A stretch of 53,908 nucleotides of DNA, filler included, from Bdellovibrionales bacterium RIFOXYD12_FULL_39_22 (GCA_001770205.1; 3 parts of 3 records of this genome joined end to end with filler, not necessarily neighbours in it); one strand, 5' to 3'. Positions 25,398 through 37,000 are shown, numbered from the whole stretch's first letter. A program made the numbers and translations. The notes: a model not told the origin generated them from the sequence alone.

Positions 25398-27149
25398 ATG
25401 ATGGCAAAAAAACAAGACAGACTGTTTCGAACACTAAAACTCACTTATGTGGGAAGTATATTCTTAATGGTCAGTTGCTTGCCAAGGCAAGTTATAAATA
25501 CACCTGCGGCCGATGCAACACCAACCAGCGAGTCTACTCCAAAAACATCAGTAACTGCCGTTGCAACAGCAACACCGATTAGGACTCCAACTCCGACAGC
25601 ATCACCTACGATGACTACATCTTGTGAAAATGGGACAATCGAAGAAAAAGTAATGTATCAATATGCCTCCCCTGCACTAGGGCAAACATGTATTTTTGAA
25701 AATCAAACTCGACAGTGCGCCAACGGAAGTTTTAGTAATTGGAGTGGAAGTTTCACGATCGTAACATGCTTAGAGCAGAGAACGATGTATCTATTAGCGA
25801 ATGTACCATATGGTGGATCTTGTGTTTCACAGATACAAACTCGTTCATACTCAAATGGCGTTGCAGGAGCGTGGTCTGGTACATATGGGTTTACTACATG
25901 TTCTGTGGCACTAGGAGATCCGTCTCCTCCTGGGGAGGCATCCTGGACAAGATGGCCAATCTCACCGAACATTTCAGAAAACCCAGGTGCAATAAACACC
26001 CATTTCGTTATGTCAGGAAAACGCATTGCAAGGATAGATGGAATTACTTATGCGCTAATTGCTACAGACCAAAATGGCTCTGAGGCAATATTTAAATCGA
26101 CTGATGATGGCCAGAGTTGGTTAAGATGGTCTACCCAAGCCATTTACGCCTCCAATGGAGTGTTACTTACTGGGCCAAACAAAACGGTATATTATATTCA
26201 CAATTCTAGCGGTGCATTCTACATGGTTAAGTTTGCTCACGACAGCGTAACTTGTCCCAACAGAGTTCTTATTAAGACGATTCCGAACTGGGCAACCAAT
26301 TGCGGGGCATATAACAGTCTGGGAGGAATTGTAGATGCTGATGGTGATATTTTTATCACTTACAATAAGGATGATGGCTCAACAGTAGGCAACAATGATG
26401 GTATTTTTATGATTAGATCATTTGATAGTGGTCTTACCTGGTCTAATGAAATAACCATTCAAGCGGTTGAAGAGGGAGAGACGGCCCGCTCACAGCAAAT
26501 GGAGGTAAGCTCTGATAATGCGCTCTATGTTGTTTACAATGAATTTGAGGATCATTACGTCAGACTTGGAATCAGTAATAACAACGGTGATACTTGGAAC
26601 ATAGTTCAAATCGCTGGCCCAGAATCTGGGGCCCATGCGCGTGTATATAATGCAAATGTTCTGACTGTTGGAAGTAATGATGTGTATATTTTTGCCCAAA
26701 GTTACAATCCGGCCTACAAGGGATTAGTGGTAAAAAAATCCAGCAACAGTGGTTTAACTTTTGGCCAATGGCAACTTATTGCAAGTGAACCATATTCTGG
26801 ATATGGAGATCCTTCTCCCGCACTTGCAGCTGATGGAACTATTTATGTTGGCTTTCGTGGTGTGCATCCGGATCTTCCAATGAATGGCTCACCGTCATTA
26901 AGGGCACGAGTTGCGATGTCTACCAACAATGGAGAAAGTTGGAGCAGCGTGTCCGGATATTTTTACGACAGTAATGGAGTTGTGACAGAAAGGGTTGGAA
27001 CCAAAACATGTATGAGATATCAAACATGGTGGTCGTATGGTGGGCCACTACAATGGACATGGATGCAGAATATAAATGGTGGAGTGAACAGTCCCATATA
27101 TTATAACGTTAATAATGATGTTTCTTTGGCCCAGCTTCCAGCTCCATAA
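25398..27149 (+). CDS. Lipoprotein with Cys-rich repeats and BNR/Asp-box beta-propeller (sialidase-like)
   Basis: Lipobox VSC-LP, P/T linker, two MY..C..QTR..NG...WSG.....C repeats, and five SxxxGxxW/F Asp-boxes. Confidence 0.78.
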   Translation: MMAKKQDRLFRTLKLTYVGSIFLMVSCLPRQVINTPAADATPTSESTPKTSVTAVATATPIRTPTPTASPTMTTSCENGTIEEKVMYQYASPALGQTCIFENQTRQCANGSFSNWSGSFTIVTCLEQRTMYLLANVPYGGSCVSQIQTRSYSNGVAGAWSGTYGFTTCSVALGDPSPPGEASWTRWPISPNISENPGAINTHFVMSGKRIARIDGITYALIATDQNGSEAIFKSTDDGQSWLRWSTQAIYASNGVLLTGPNKTVYYIHNSSGAFYMVKFAHDSVTCPNRVLIKTIPNWATNCGAYNSLGGIVDADGDIFITYNKDDGSTVGNNDGIFMIRSFDSGLTWSNEITIQAVEEGETARSQQMEVSSDNALYVVYNEFEDHYVRLGISNNNGDTWNIVQIAGPESGAHARVYNANVLTVGSNDVYIFAQSYNPAYKGLVVKKSSNSGLTFGQWQLIASEPYSGYGDPSPALAADGTIYVGFRGVHPDLPMNGSPSLRARVAMSTNNGESWSSVSGYFYDSNGVVTERVGTKTCMRYQTWWSYGGPLQWTWMQNINGGVNSPIYYNVNNDVSLAQLPAP

Positions 27150-27178
27150 AAGGTGGTAAGTAATAATCGGAGTCGCTT

Positions 27179-28756
27179 ATGCTCTTGGGAAAAAAAGGAA
27201 AACTTTTGCTAACAATTAAGGTTATTTTTTTGCTTGATCTATTTCTATTGATTGGTTGTTTGCCAAAAGCAGTGATAAATTCACCTGCGGTAGAAGCAAC
27301 ACCAATAGTTGATTCCACTCCAAAAGCAACATCTACTATAGCCCTACTACCAATCGTAGCACAAACAACTGTCCCTATTGAGTCTTCAGGAGTGGTGTTG
27401 GTAAATGAAAATTTTAATGACAGAAGTTATGCGGCGCCACTCTCATATTACACCGGAACTGCTTATGACTATCCAATAAATTACCAGCAAAACGAAAGTG
27501 ATTATAGTCTTCAGTTTGACCATAGCAACTCTGGTTCTTCTGGGATTGGCACCATATCAAATCTAGAAAACTATCTGGAAGATGGTATCTATTTTAGATA
27601 TTGGGTTAATTATCCCGAGAGTTATTATTTCCCTGGTGATATGGGAACATTTGATAATCTTAAAATGCTAAAGATCGCTGGAACTTCTGGCGACATTGAA
27701 TTTATCTATAAAGACAGCGCTGGTGGCGGACCAAAAAGTCTTCAGTTGTACTGGAATAACAGTATTGGTGACTTGGGTGGAACACGAACCGGAACGGTTC
27801 CGTTAGGTCAAACACTTACAAAGGGAGTATGGCACAAAATTGAGATCTATATAAAAATTGCTGCGCCCTCAGTTGTTCACGTGCAGATAGATGATTACAA
27901 CGTCTACCAAAATACCAACGCAGATATCAATCTTCCGGCCTCTGGTTACACAGGCACTCAGCAGTTCATGTCGGTGAGGGCCGGCAACAGCGGTACCCCT
28001 GAAGCTGGGCATGGAATTTGGTATCATGATAATGTAACAATAATTTCAGGGGGAGGCGATTTGTGCGATGAGGAGCCGCCTGCTCTGAAAGCAGCAACGC
28101 TAATAACTCAAGACGATTTTGAAAATGGTGCCCTTTGGCAATACTTAGAACATTGGGATATATATGACTCATATCTTTTCGACGAATGGGATATCGTTTC
28201 CGATAACCCTCATAGTGGCCAGTACTGTGCACAGTCGAAATCTCCTGGGCCTGATGTATGGACAGATGATTCCGTATTCACTCATTCACTTCCACTAGAT
28301 AAAAATGAAATTTTTATTCGCTTTTGGTTTAAGGCCAGTCCGAACTTGAGTGCGTGGTGGGCACAGTTTATGCGGTTTTTTGGAGATGGTGGTGATTTAG
28401 AAATCGGAATGGGAGTAGATGGAGGTGGCGGTGATATCTTGATCAACACAGGAGAGTCCACCGTGTTTGGCACCACCCAACCAATTCATACCGGCTGGGG
28501 CGATTTCCTTAGCTCAACTTCGTGGACAGAGTATGCCGTCTATATTAACTACTCCGAAAATGAGCTGTATTTTTGGAAAAATGCAGCTCATTACAACCTC
28601 ACTGATCCATCCTTTCACTCTATCCCAGTAAACTGGCAACACAAGTATTCAAGATTTATTTCACCAATTTATTACAAGAGAGAAATTACAGATGGAGGAA
28701 GTTCACTTTTTTGGGTGGACGATTTTGAAATTTGGGATGGTATTCCAGCTCAATAA
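27179..28756 (+). CDS. Lipoprotein with two ConA-like/polysaccharide-lyase-like modules
   Basis: IGC-LPKAVINSP N-terminus; modules run E(N/D)F..YFRYW..WHKIE..D(D/N)xxI; ends WVDDFEIWDGIPAQ. Confidence 0.72.
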   Translation: MLLGKKGKLLLTIKVIFLLDLFLLIGCLPKAVINSPAVEATPIVDSTPKATSTIALLPIVAQTTVPIESSGVVLVNENFNDRSYAAPLSYYTGTAYDYPINYQQNESDYSLQFDHSNSGSSGIGTISNLENYLEDGIYFRYWVNYPESYYFPGDMGTFDNLKMLKIAGTSGDIEFIYKDSAGGGPKSLQLYWNNSIGDLGGTRTGTVPLGQTLTKGVWHKIEIYIKIAAPSVVHVQIDDYNVYQNTNADINLPASGYTGTQQFMSVRAGNSGTPEAGHGIWYHDNVTIISGGGDLCDEEPPALKAATLITQDDFENGALWQYLEHWDIYDSYLFDEWDIVSDNPHSGQYCAQSKSPGPDVWTDDSVFTHSLPLDKNEIFIRFWFKASPNLSAWWAQFMRFFGDGGDLEIGMGVDGGGGDILINTGESTVFGTTQPIHTGWGDFLSSTSWTEYAVYINYSENELYFWKNAAHYNLTDPSFHSIPVNWQHKYSRFISPIYYKREITDGGSSLFWVDDFEIWDGIPAQ

Positions 28757-28777
28757 TTAAAAACAGAGGTTGCGCTT

Positions 28778-30478
28778 ATGATAAAAGAAAAAACTCTGCA
28801 AGCACTCAAGGCCCTCCATTTGCTAAGTTTCATGTTACTAATCAGTTGTTTACCAAAGGCAGTGATAAATTCACCCGTGACAGATACAACACCGACTGTA
28901 GAAACAACTCCTAAAGCGACTGCAGTTCCCAGCATCACGTCTACAACCCCAAACCAAGAAACTGCAACACTAATTGTCAGCGAAACTTTCGATAGCGTAA
29001 CTCCATCTAGATTTGACTTTTCAGGCAACGTAACGCTTACGTTTTTTTCCCAAACATCATCTGCTGGGACAAAGATTATTGATTATGGTTTTGAGGACTG
29101 GACAGGATTTAATGGAACAAACTCCCCCGCTCCCAATTATATTTTCAGTACGGCGTACGACAATTATTGGCAAGACCATATGAATGGAACTAGTGTCATG
29201 ACATCTTGTAATAGTGCTACCGCTTACGAAGGAAACCATTTTTTTCATAATCAGTTCTATACCGGAAGTATTGATGCTTGCTTAGGCACTACTCCAAGTT
29301 CCATAAATGCTCACTCCAGTTTAGGAGTAGGAAATCTGAATTATCCAACGGGAACAAAAAATTCCACCCAACTTCAAACTGCGATTACCAGCAATACCAT
29401 GGTCATGCGATTATATATGAGATGCACTGGAAACTGGTCATCAACTCAACCAAGCGCTCTTGATGAAAGCGGTGGCCTAAAGTTTATTAGGGTCTATGGC
29501 GGAGATGGCGCTGGGGATGATTCATCTGCGCTTTTAAAACTTCTTAATGATGGTGATTCAGCAGACCCATCTTTTGGTTTCTATGATCCAGGAAATTTGG
29601 ATCAGTCCAATTTTAGTGTGGGAGTTAATTGGCAAGATGGCAATTGGCACCCAGTAGCTCTTAAAGTTGTCAGAAATGCCGATGACAATTCCAGTAACAA
29701 CGTAACGATGACAGTCTGGGTTGATGATTGGAACATGAATGGTTTTGGTGTATCAAGAACTATCACAGTACCAGATATGGGCAGTAAATTTGATCATATA
29801 TCACTAATGGAAAATTGGTCAGGAAAAGCAGCGACCGCTGGTATTGCAATCGACATAGACAAAATTGAAGTGTGGGATGGAATTCCAACAAGTGAACTGC
29901 CTGCGACAACAGAAAACTATCAAGATGAAGCGACAGGATACAGTTTAAAAGTTGACTATGGCAATTATACTGCAGTCCCATCGAATAGCATATCGTTGAC
30001 GAGCGTAGAGTATGGCACAGAATTTTATTTTACTTATCTCTACAAATACGATGAAGCTTATGATTTAAGGTATGGCTGGAAGCCGTTTAGAATGCAAACT
30101 CCATTAACTGATTCAGGGAGCTATGCCCTGTTTTTCAATGATAATGCTAGTGGAATAATTTCCAGTATGAGTTTAAATTTCTCTCCTGGAAATAATCAAA
30201 CAGGAGATCATTCTGTCTGTTATTGGAAAACCCCACCACCACAAACAAAAGGAGTCTGGCATAAGTTTGAACTTTATTATAAGCAAAACACCCCGAATGT
30301 TGCTGACGGAGTTTTTGTTCTGCAGATTGATGGGATCACTGTTATGAATGAAACAGCTTTTTTGTTTTTAAATGCTAACGAAACTTTTACAACGTTTATG
30401 TTGCCGTCAAATGGCTCTAACTCTGCTGGTATTGTCTATATAGACAATATTGAGATTTGGAAGAGTCGGCCCTATTAA
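28778..30478 (+). CDS. Lipoprotein with two jelly-roll modules, one nested in the other
   Basis: ISC-LPKAVINSP N-terminus; module ends DKIEVWDGIP and YIDNIEIW. Confidence 0.72.
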   Translation: MIKEKTLQALKALHLLSFMLLISCLPKAVINSPVTDTTPTVETTPKATAVPSITSTTPNQETATLIVSETFDSVTPSRFDFSGNVTLTFFSQTSSAGTKIIDYGFEDWTGFNGTNSPAPNYIFSTAYDNYWQDHMNGTSVMTSCNSATAYEGNHFFHNQFYTGSIDACLGTTPSSINAHSSLGVGNLNYPTGTKNSTQLQTAITSNTMVMRLYMRCTGNWSSTQPSALDESGGLKFIRVYGGDGAGDDSSALLKLLNDGDSADPSFGFYDPGNLDQSNFSVGVNWQDGNWHPVALKVVRNADDNSSNNVTMTVWVDDWNMNGFGVSRTITVPDMGSKFDHISLMENWSGKAATAGIAIDIDKIEVWDGIPTSELPATTENYQDEATGYSLKVDYGNYTAVPSNSISLTSVEYGTEFYFTYLYKYDEAYDLRYGWKPFRMQTPLTDSGSYALFFNDNASGIISSMSLNFSPGNNQTGDHSVCYWKTPPPQTKGVWHKFELYYKQNTPNVADGVFVLQIDGITVMNETAFLFLNANETFTTFMLPSNGSNSAGIVYIDNIEIWKSRPY

Positions 30479-30506
30479 ACGACTGATTTTTCAATAAAAA
30501 TGCTTA

Positions 30507-30532
30507 TCACTGCCCATGAAAATGGGCAGTGA
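30507..30532 (+). terminator. Hairpin, probable terminator
   Basis: TCACTGCCCAT-GAAA-ATGGGCAGTGA followed by ATTTT. Confidence 0.6.
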
Positions 30533-30681
30533 ATTTTATGTTATATTGTTGATAAAAAACAATTTTTCGCGTAACCAGCTAAAAACAGAATAAGTTAATC
30601 AAATATGGCTCATAGAAGAAAATTGGGCCAAGGAGCGTGTTAAAATTAACCATAGTGAATAACAAATTTGAAGAGTTGCTT

Positions 30682-31596
30682 ATGATGGCAAAAAGAGGAG
30701 AAAAGCTTTTTTACGTAATGAAGGCCATCTATTTGGTAACTCTATTTTTGCTGGTTGGTTGTTTGCCGAAATCAATAATGCAGTCACCTATGGAAGATAA
30801 GGAAGAATCTCCACCTAATCCAGTTTCGACCGTGGAACCGACAGAAGCTCCGCCAACAAGTGCCAATAGAATATTTTTTGAGGACAGTGAAGCTACAGGC
30901 TTTCCAGAGTGGTTTTTAGAGCGAAGCATGGGAAGTAGCGATTATTGGAATGAGCTTCCTAACGAGATCACCAGATCAACTGATGCTCCCTATAGCGGGA
31001 ACTACTGTATGACCTATGATCCTTGGATTACAGCTAATCCACATGCAAATACTGGCATTGATACTATCCATGGCAACACTTCAAAATTTCTACTAACCGA
31101 TGTGCATACTGACAAATATTATTTTAGGTGGAAGCATCGGTGGCAAACAGATGTAGATTATTCAGGATCGGCGCAAAATAAAAATCTCTACCTTGGGTAT
31201 CATGAGTGGGGTGGCGATTTTGTTTTAGTACTAGTAAAAGGTGGGCCATCTGATTTTAACCTGTCAGTGATGAAAAATCCTGGTTACGAGATGACGCTCA
31301 ACAAATGGCCATCACTTGCAAAGAATTTGGATGATATGGCCTGGCATAATATGGAGGTCTACATTGACCTTAAAGGGCTTACAGGGCCGACTGGTTACTT
31401 ACTAGTTAAGATAGATGGCGTCATATTGTATGAAGACAACGCAGTCTACTATCGAGATCAAATAAACATTAACGATGGCGTTCCGCTCGGTCTAATTCAA
31501 TGGCCATCAAATACCAGTGGAGCCGATCCGAAGGTCGGAAATAATAGACAGTGGCTGGATGATCTGGAGATTTGGGATGGATTTCCAGCTCAGTAA
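30682..31596 (+). CDS. Lipoprotein with a single jelly-roll module
   Basis: VGC-LPKS N-terminus; YFRW, WHNMEVY; ends WLDDLEIWDGFPAQ. Confidence 0.72.
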   Translation: MMAKRGEKLFYVMKAIYLVTLFLLVGCLPKSIMQSPMEDKEESPPNPVSTVEPTEAPPTSANRIFFEDSEATGFPEWFLERSMGSSDYWNELPNEITRSTDAPYSGNYCMTYDPWITANPHANTGIDTIHGNTSKFLLTDVHTDKYYFRWKHRWQTDVDYSGSAQNKNLYLGYHEWGGDFVLVLVKGGPSDFNLSVMKNPGYEMTLNKWPSLAKNLDDMAWHNMEVYIDLKGLTGPTGYLLVKIDGVILYEDNAVYYRDQININDGVPLGLIQWPSNTSGADPKVGNNRQWLDDLEIWDGFPAQ

Positions 31597-31663
31597 TCAG
31601 TTTGATAAAAATGATGCCCATGTTAGCATGCTGAATTTTAAATTAATACAACCGGAGTTTTTT

Positions 31664-33868
31664 ATGTTTGCTGGAAATGGTTGGAAATTTACTTTGGTAC
31701 CGAGAATCGTTTTTTTAACTAGTCTTATTTTGCTGACAAGCTGTTTGCCAAAGTCAGTACTTAACATCCCTTCTTCTGAACCAACTCCGTCAATCGAATC
31801 CACTCCGAAAGTTGCAGCCACTGATTTGGCAGCAACACCAACACCAACTCAAACACCTATCCCAACAGTAACCGTACCGTCTACGACAACCGATAATATC
31901 ACCAAATTATTCTCTGAAGATTTTGAAAATGGTCTGAAAAAATTAACCACCTTTGGAGATGTCACAATTGTTTCCGGGTGCGGCATTAGTGGATCACAAT
32001 GCCTGAGAGCAAATTATGGAACAGATAAAAACTTGGGTTCTATCATTGACCTTGGAGCAAATGCTCCAACCGATCAGTTCTACGTTCGTTTCAATATTAA
32101 GATTGATGCAAATTATCATGCACCTTACCTAGGATTTAAGTGGATGCGCTTGAAACATGGCAACGTCGATGGAATTCAATCGGAGTTTTTTTTAAATTCA
32201 GATAGCTGGTATTCTACCGGCCATACCTATGAAACAGGGGCCGGTGGAGTAGATTATCCTGACACTAATCATACTTGGTACCCAACATTTCAAGATGGGC
32301 AGTGGCATCAAGTGGAAGTCTATGGAAAATATAATACAGCGGGGCAAGCAAACGGAATTTGTATTATAAAATTTGATGGAGTCATCTATCTAAATGAAGA
32401 GACATATCGGTGGCGCACTTCCGCATGGTCAACCGATATCTTTAAAAGATTCTATATCCCATCAAACGCTGGAGATGGAGCTCATCTCTCCGCAGCAGGA
32501 GATATTGTATACATTGACAATATTGAAATTTGGAATGGATGGCCTCCTGTTGCAACAACCAGCGCTACAAGACTAATGTATGAAAATTTTGATGATCAAG
32601 TTATTAATCCGAGCATGAGTGTCTATGGTGCTTATGGCGCGACTGGATACGTTTTGCAACTACCACCGCAATACAACCTAGATCAAGTTGGTCGAGGTGG
32701 TTCTGGTTTTGCTTTTTCTTCTGGGACTGTTAACCAGGCCTGGCCTTCATGGGACAAAAATTTACCAAACCCGTGGCCTTCGGATGAGATGTATGTCTCT
32801 TTTTGGATAAGATATCCTACTTTTACTAGTACAGATACTATGGAAAATTTTAAAGTTTTCTATCCTCACTGGAATGGAGCGGACAGTTATGCGCATTTTT
32901 CAATGGGTGACACAAATACAATATATTACTCTGCTAAAGGTAATGGCACGATGCTATCAATTAGTAATTATTTGTCATGTCCTAATCAAACCGATGGAAA
33001 TTGGCATCACTATGAATTTTTTGTTAAATTCTCCACTGGAATAAGTAGGTTTTGGTACGATGGAATTCTAAAGCTGAATCATAATTACGGAAGTGGTGTA
33101 TGGACTCCAAATCCAATCTCATACATCGCAGCACCTATGATTGATGGTGAAGAGCCCGGAACTTTTTCTCGCCAAGTTGATGACTGGGAAGCTTGGGATA
33201 GTATGCCACCCATTCAACAAGCTGCCAAACTTCTAATTTTTGATAATTTTGAAACTGGACCTAACTGGAAATATAGCGACAACTGGGATTTATGGGAAAC
33301 CTATTATCAAAGTAAATGGAATATCACAACAAACTCCCCACACTCCGGACTCTATGCTGCAGAAGCAATGGCAAAAGATACTACTGGTAATTTGGCCATC
33401 AATAGTCCCTGTTTTCATTTTTCAGTAACAACTAACGGAGTCTTCGTTAAACTATGGGCAAAGTTTTTGCCAAATATAAATAGTAATAATGTGCGAGCGA
33501 ACTTTTTTAGATATGGAACAGGTGCAGCAGGAGATTGGACCAATGGAGGGGAATTCGATATACAAGACAATTGGCTATATTTCTACGACGACAAAGTTAG
33601 AAATCCAAAAATTAATATTCAAAACGATGGACAGTGGCATGAATATGCTTTCTTTCTAGATTATAAAAATGGCATTTGGCGGTCATGGTTAGATAGCGGA
33701 CCAAACTATACAGTTGCGACCACTATTGATAATTTCACGGATATGAAATTCACAAAGCCATTTACACATATTCTAATGCCATATTACTGGAAAGCTGATC
33801 CTGGCGAATATCACTGGTGGATAGATGATATTGAGGTTTGGGATGGCCCTCCTCTGTCTCCAATATAA
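31664..33868 (+). CDS. Lipoprotein with three jelly-roll modules
   Basis: TSC-LPKS N-terminus; three modules ending DNIEIWNG, DDWEAWDS and DDIEVWDG. Start placed at ATG 31664 after GGAG. Confidence 0.72.
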   Translation: MFAGNGWKFTLVPRIVFLTSLILLTSCLPKSVLNIPSSEPTPSIESTPKVAATDLAATPTPTQTPIPTVTVPSTTTDNITKLFSEDFENGLKKLTTFGDVTIVSGCGISGSQCLRANYGTDKNLGSIIDLGANAPTDQFYVRFNIKIDANYHAPYLGFKWMRLKHGNVDGIQSEFFLNSDSWYSTGHTYETGAGGVDYPDTNHTWYPTFQDGQWHQVEVYGKYNTAGQANGICIIKFDGVIYLNEETYRWRTSAWSTDIFKRFYIPSNAGDGAHLSAAGDIVYIDNIEIWNGWPPVATTSATRLMYENFDDQVINPSMSVYGAYGATGYVLQLPPQYNLDQVGRGGSGFAFSSGTVNQAWPSWDKNLPNPWPSDEMYVSFWIRYPTFTSTDTMENFKVFYPHWNGADSYAHFSMGDTNTIYYSAKGNGTMLSISNYLSCPNQTDGNWHHYEFFVKFSTGISRFWYDGILKLNHNYGSGVWTPNPISYIAAPMIDGEEPGTFSRQVDDWEAWDSMPPIQQAAKLLIFDNFETGPNWKYSDNWDLWETYYQSKWNITTNSPHSGLYAAEAMAKDTTGNLAINSPCFHFSVTTNGVFVKLWAKFLPNINSNNVRANFFRYGTGAAGDWTNGGEFDIQDNWLYFYDDKVRNPKINIQNDGQWHEYAFFLDYKNGIWRSWLDSGPNYTVATTIDNFTDMKFTKPFTHILMPYYWKADPGEYHWWIDDIEVWDGPPLSPI

Positions 33869-34003
33869 CTAACTAAAGGGAAAGAAGGACTAGTATAGTT
33901 AGTTGCGCCATGGCGTTACCTAAACTTTTCCTTAGCACAGCCGATATGTTTGTGTAAGTAATCATTTGGCCGTTTGATTGGAGTAAAAATAGGAATAATT
34001 GTC

Positions 34004-37000
34004 ATGATAGCAAAATCATATAAAATGTTTTTGATATTAATTACTGCCTTCGTGTTTTTTGCACTCACTAGTTGTAGCAAGAGCAAAGTTGTTTATAGCA
34101 AAAACGTTGCTCGTAATACATCACCTACACCCGCAAACGCTACTCCTACGCCCACGCCAACGCCCATCTTGCCACAAATAAGTGGGCTGACAAATGATCT
34201 AATTGTTGCCAAAACAAAGTCTTGGTCTTGGGGATGTGATCAAACATGCACCTATCGTTTTGTAGTAGACCAAATAACGAACACCTCGCCTACAGGAGCA
34301 TTTGATACAACTAACTCCGTATCGCAAAATTCTGGTGATGGTAGATACTATCTTCATGTTCAGGCCCAAAATACGGAAAATATTCAAAGTTCTGTGACAC
34401 ACGTTTATGTCGACCTTGACAACTCTGGGCCTACCGCCATTAGTGCGATCACTCCATCATCAACAACTTTTGAAGCGCTATTTTCTGGCCCTACCATGAC
34501 TTGGCCAGAAGATGCAAGCGATGGTAGTGGCGCAGGAGTAAATCACTACGAATACGCAGTTGGCACATCCAGCGGGAGCAGTGATTTGATTAGTTGGACA
34601 ACTGCAGGCAGTAATACCATCACTCCAACAGGATTAAATCTTTCCCCTTCCACAACTTATTATTTCAGCGTCAAGGCCTTAGATGATTTAGGACAATCCT
34701 CTTCCTTGCGAACGGTCTCTTGGCAAACTCTTGGCACTCCCATTTTTCGTTCGGTAGGGCCAAGCAACACCACTGCCCTTGCGGTTGGGGCCAGTAATGC
34801 AGTCACTATCGCAAGTGGGGTAGCAACTTTTACAACAGCTCTTCCTGATAATATTGGTCTAGGCGATGTCCTCCTATATGATTCCGATAATAACGGAAGT
34901 GCAGAATCTGTCGCATTTATATATTACCGTACTTCATCTACACAGTACTTAGTTCGTAACTCAGCGGGAGTACTTCCAAGTAATGTCACTGCTGATACAG
35001 ACTGGTCGATTTTTCGTGCTTATACTTCGCTTAGCAATGCTGAAGCAGGAACGGAAAATGTAAGCATCAGCAATAATTTTGATAGTTGGACAAATGGAAA
35101 AGACATTGTTGCCAGTAACGAAATTTGGAATTTTGTTTGCTATGCAGACGCTGTAGAAGGTGGCACCGCAACTACCGTCAACGGCTGGACTACTGGCGTG
35201 AATAATTTTATTAGAATTTTCACCCCCGAGACAACAAATGAAGTCGGAATTTCTCAAAGACACTTGGGTGCCTGGGGCAGTGGTTATATGCGCACCGCTG
35301 GTCTTTCTATAAGAGAAAACTATGTTCGGATGGAGGGCATTTCAATTCGTACGACTGATACTCCTTACGATATTCAAGGTTTTATTGGAGTAGGAGCGAT
35401 TTATATCTCTAATAGTTTCGGTTGGATTCCAGATAGTTCAACCCATCGTGTATTTGATATTTATTCAGTAGATAATATTAATGTTTATATGTGGAACAAT
35501 ATAGGTATTAGCGAATCCACCACTAGTCTCTCTCGAGTATTCTACATTAATGATGTTGATCCAATCGTGTATATTTATAACAATACTGGTATCACCAACG
35601 CGGGAGGAGCTTTTTATGGAAATGCTAACACTACCGCGATTAATAATCTTGCCTATAGTTACGGTGGAGGACTTGGCTTTGCAAATAGCTTTGCAGCTGT
35701 AAGCTACTGTGCTTCTCATGATGCCACCGCGAATGGTGTTTGGCCTTCAGCAAACAATCAAATCAATAAAACATTTTCATTTTTAAATCAGACCAATTTT
35801 AATTTCCGCTTAGCTTCAAACGCTACTGCGGTAATTAATAATGGTACAGATCTTTCTACAGACTCGTCTCTGGCATTAACGAAAGATATTGATGGAATCA
35901 CAAGAAGCGGAACTTGGGACATTGGAGCTGATGAATTTGCGCTTCATGGTAATGACATAATTGTGAGTAATTTACGGGCCACCAATGTTGGTGATAATAA
36001 TTTAGACATCCTTGTGGATATTATTGGGGATGATAACAACAACGCGACAAGCGTATTGTATTACTGCAATGATACACAATTTCCGAGTTGTAACCCATTG
36101 CTTGAAACACCAGTTGTTTTAAATAAATCTGGAAATATTTTCACGGCCAATCTTTCCAGTATTGTACACACAGGTGCAGACACACTTAAATTCAGCGTCA
36201 TAACCAGTGACACTGACGGCGTGCGAGGTTCTCCTTTGACAAATAGTATAACTCTACGGAGCTATATTTATCGCTCCGTTGGTGCAACTGCTACAGCATT
36301 AACTACTGGAGCAGGAAATTCTCTGACCATCTCAAATGGTCAGGCAACTTTTGCAAATCCACTGCCGGCCAACATTGGGCTGGGAGATGTAATCCAGTAT
36401 GATTCCGATAATAATACCTCTATCGATTCGCTAGCTTTTATATCTTATCGAACATCATCAACGGTTTTCACGGTAACAAATATGGCCGGCTTTGCACCTG
36501 CCAATACCGTGGCCTCTGATCAAGATTGGTCGATTTTTCGCGCTTATACTACCTTGTATTATGCAGAGGCTGGCACAGAGAATGGTAACATCTTGGCTGC
36601 CTTAAATAATTTTGACACATGGTCTGGAGGACGTGATCTCGTTTACTCTCATGAAGTTTGGAATATTGTTTGCTATGCCGACGGCCCAGATGCCTCTCCT
36701 AACATAACAATCTATGGCTGGAACACTAGTGCTAACAATTACCTTCGCGTTTTTACTCCCACAACTTCAAATGAAGTCGGAACGTCTCAAAGGCACCAGG
36801 GTCTTTGGGGTAGTGGCCATATGCTAACTTCACAACTGAGTATTCGTGCCAATTATGTTCGGATTGATGGCCTTTCGATAAAAAGAGGAGGTGCCACTTA
36901 TTTGGTTGGTCCAATAAGTGGAAGCGCTGCCATTTATATTTCGAACAATTTTGGCTGGATCGATGCTGCCATAGGAACTATTTTTGTCTTTGAAATTTTC

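Noticed and set aside
25398..33868. Diversity-generating retroelement or shufflon behind the lipoprotein variation
   Set aside because: No reverse transcriptase, no TR/VR pair differing at adenines, and no invertase or inverted cassettes.
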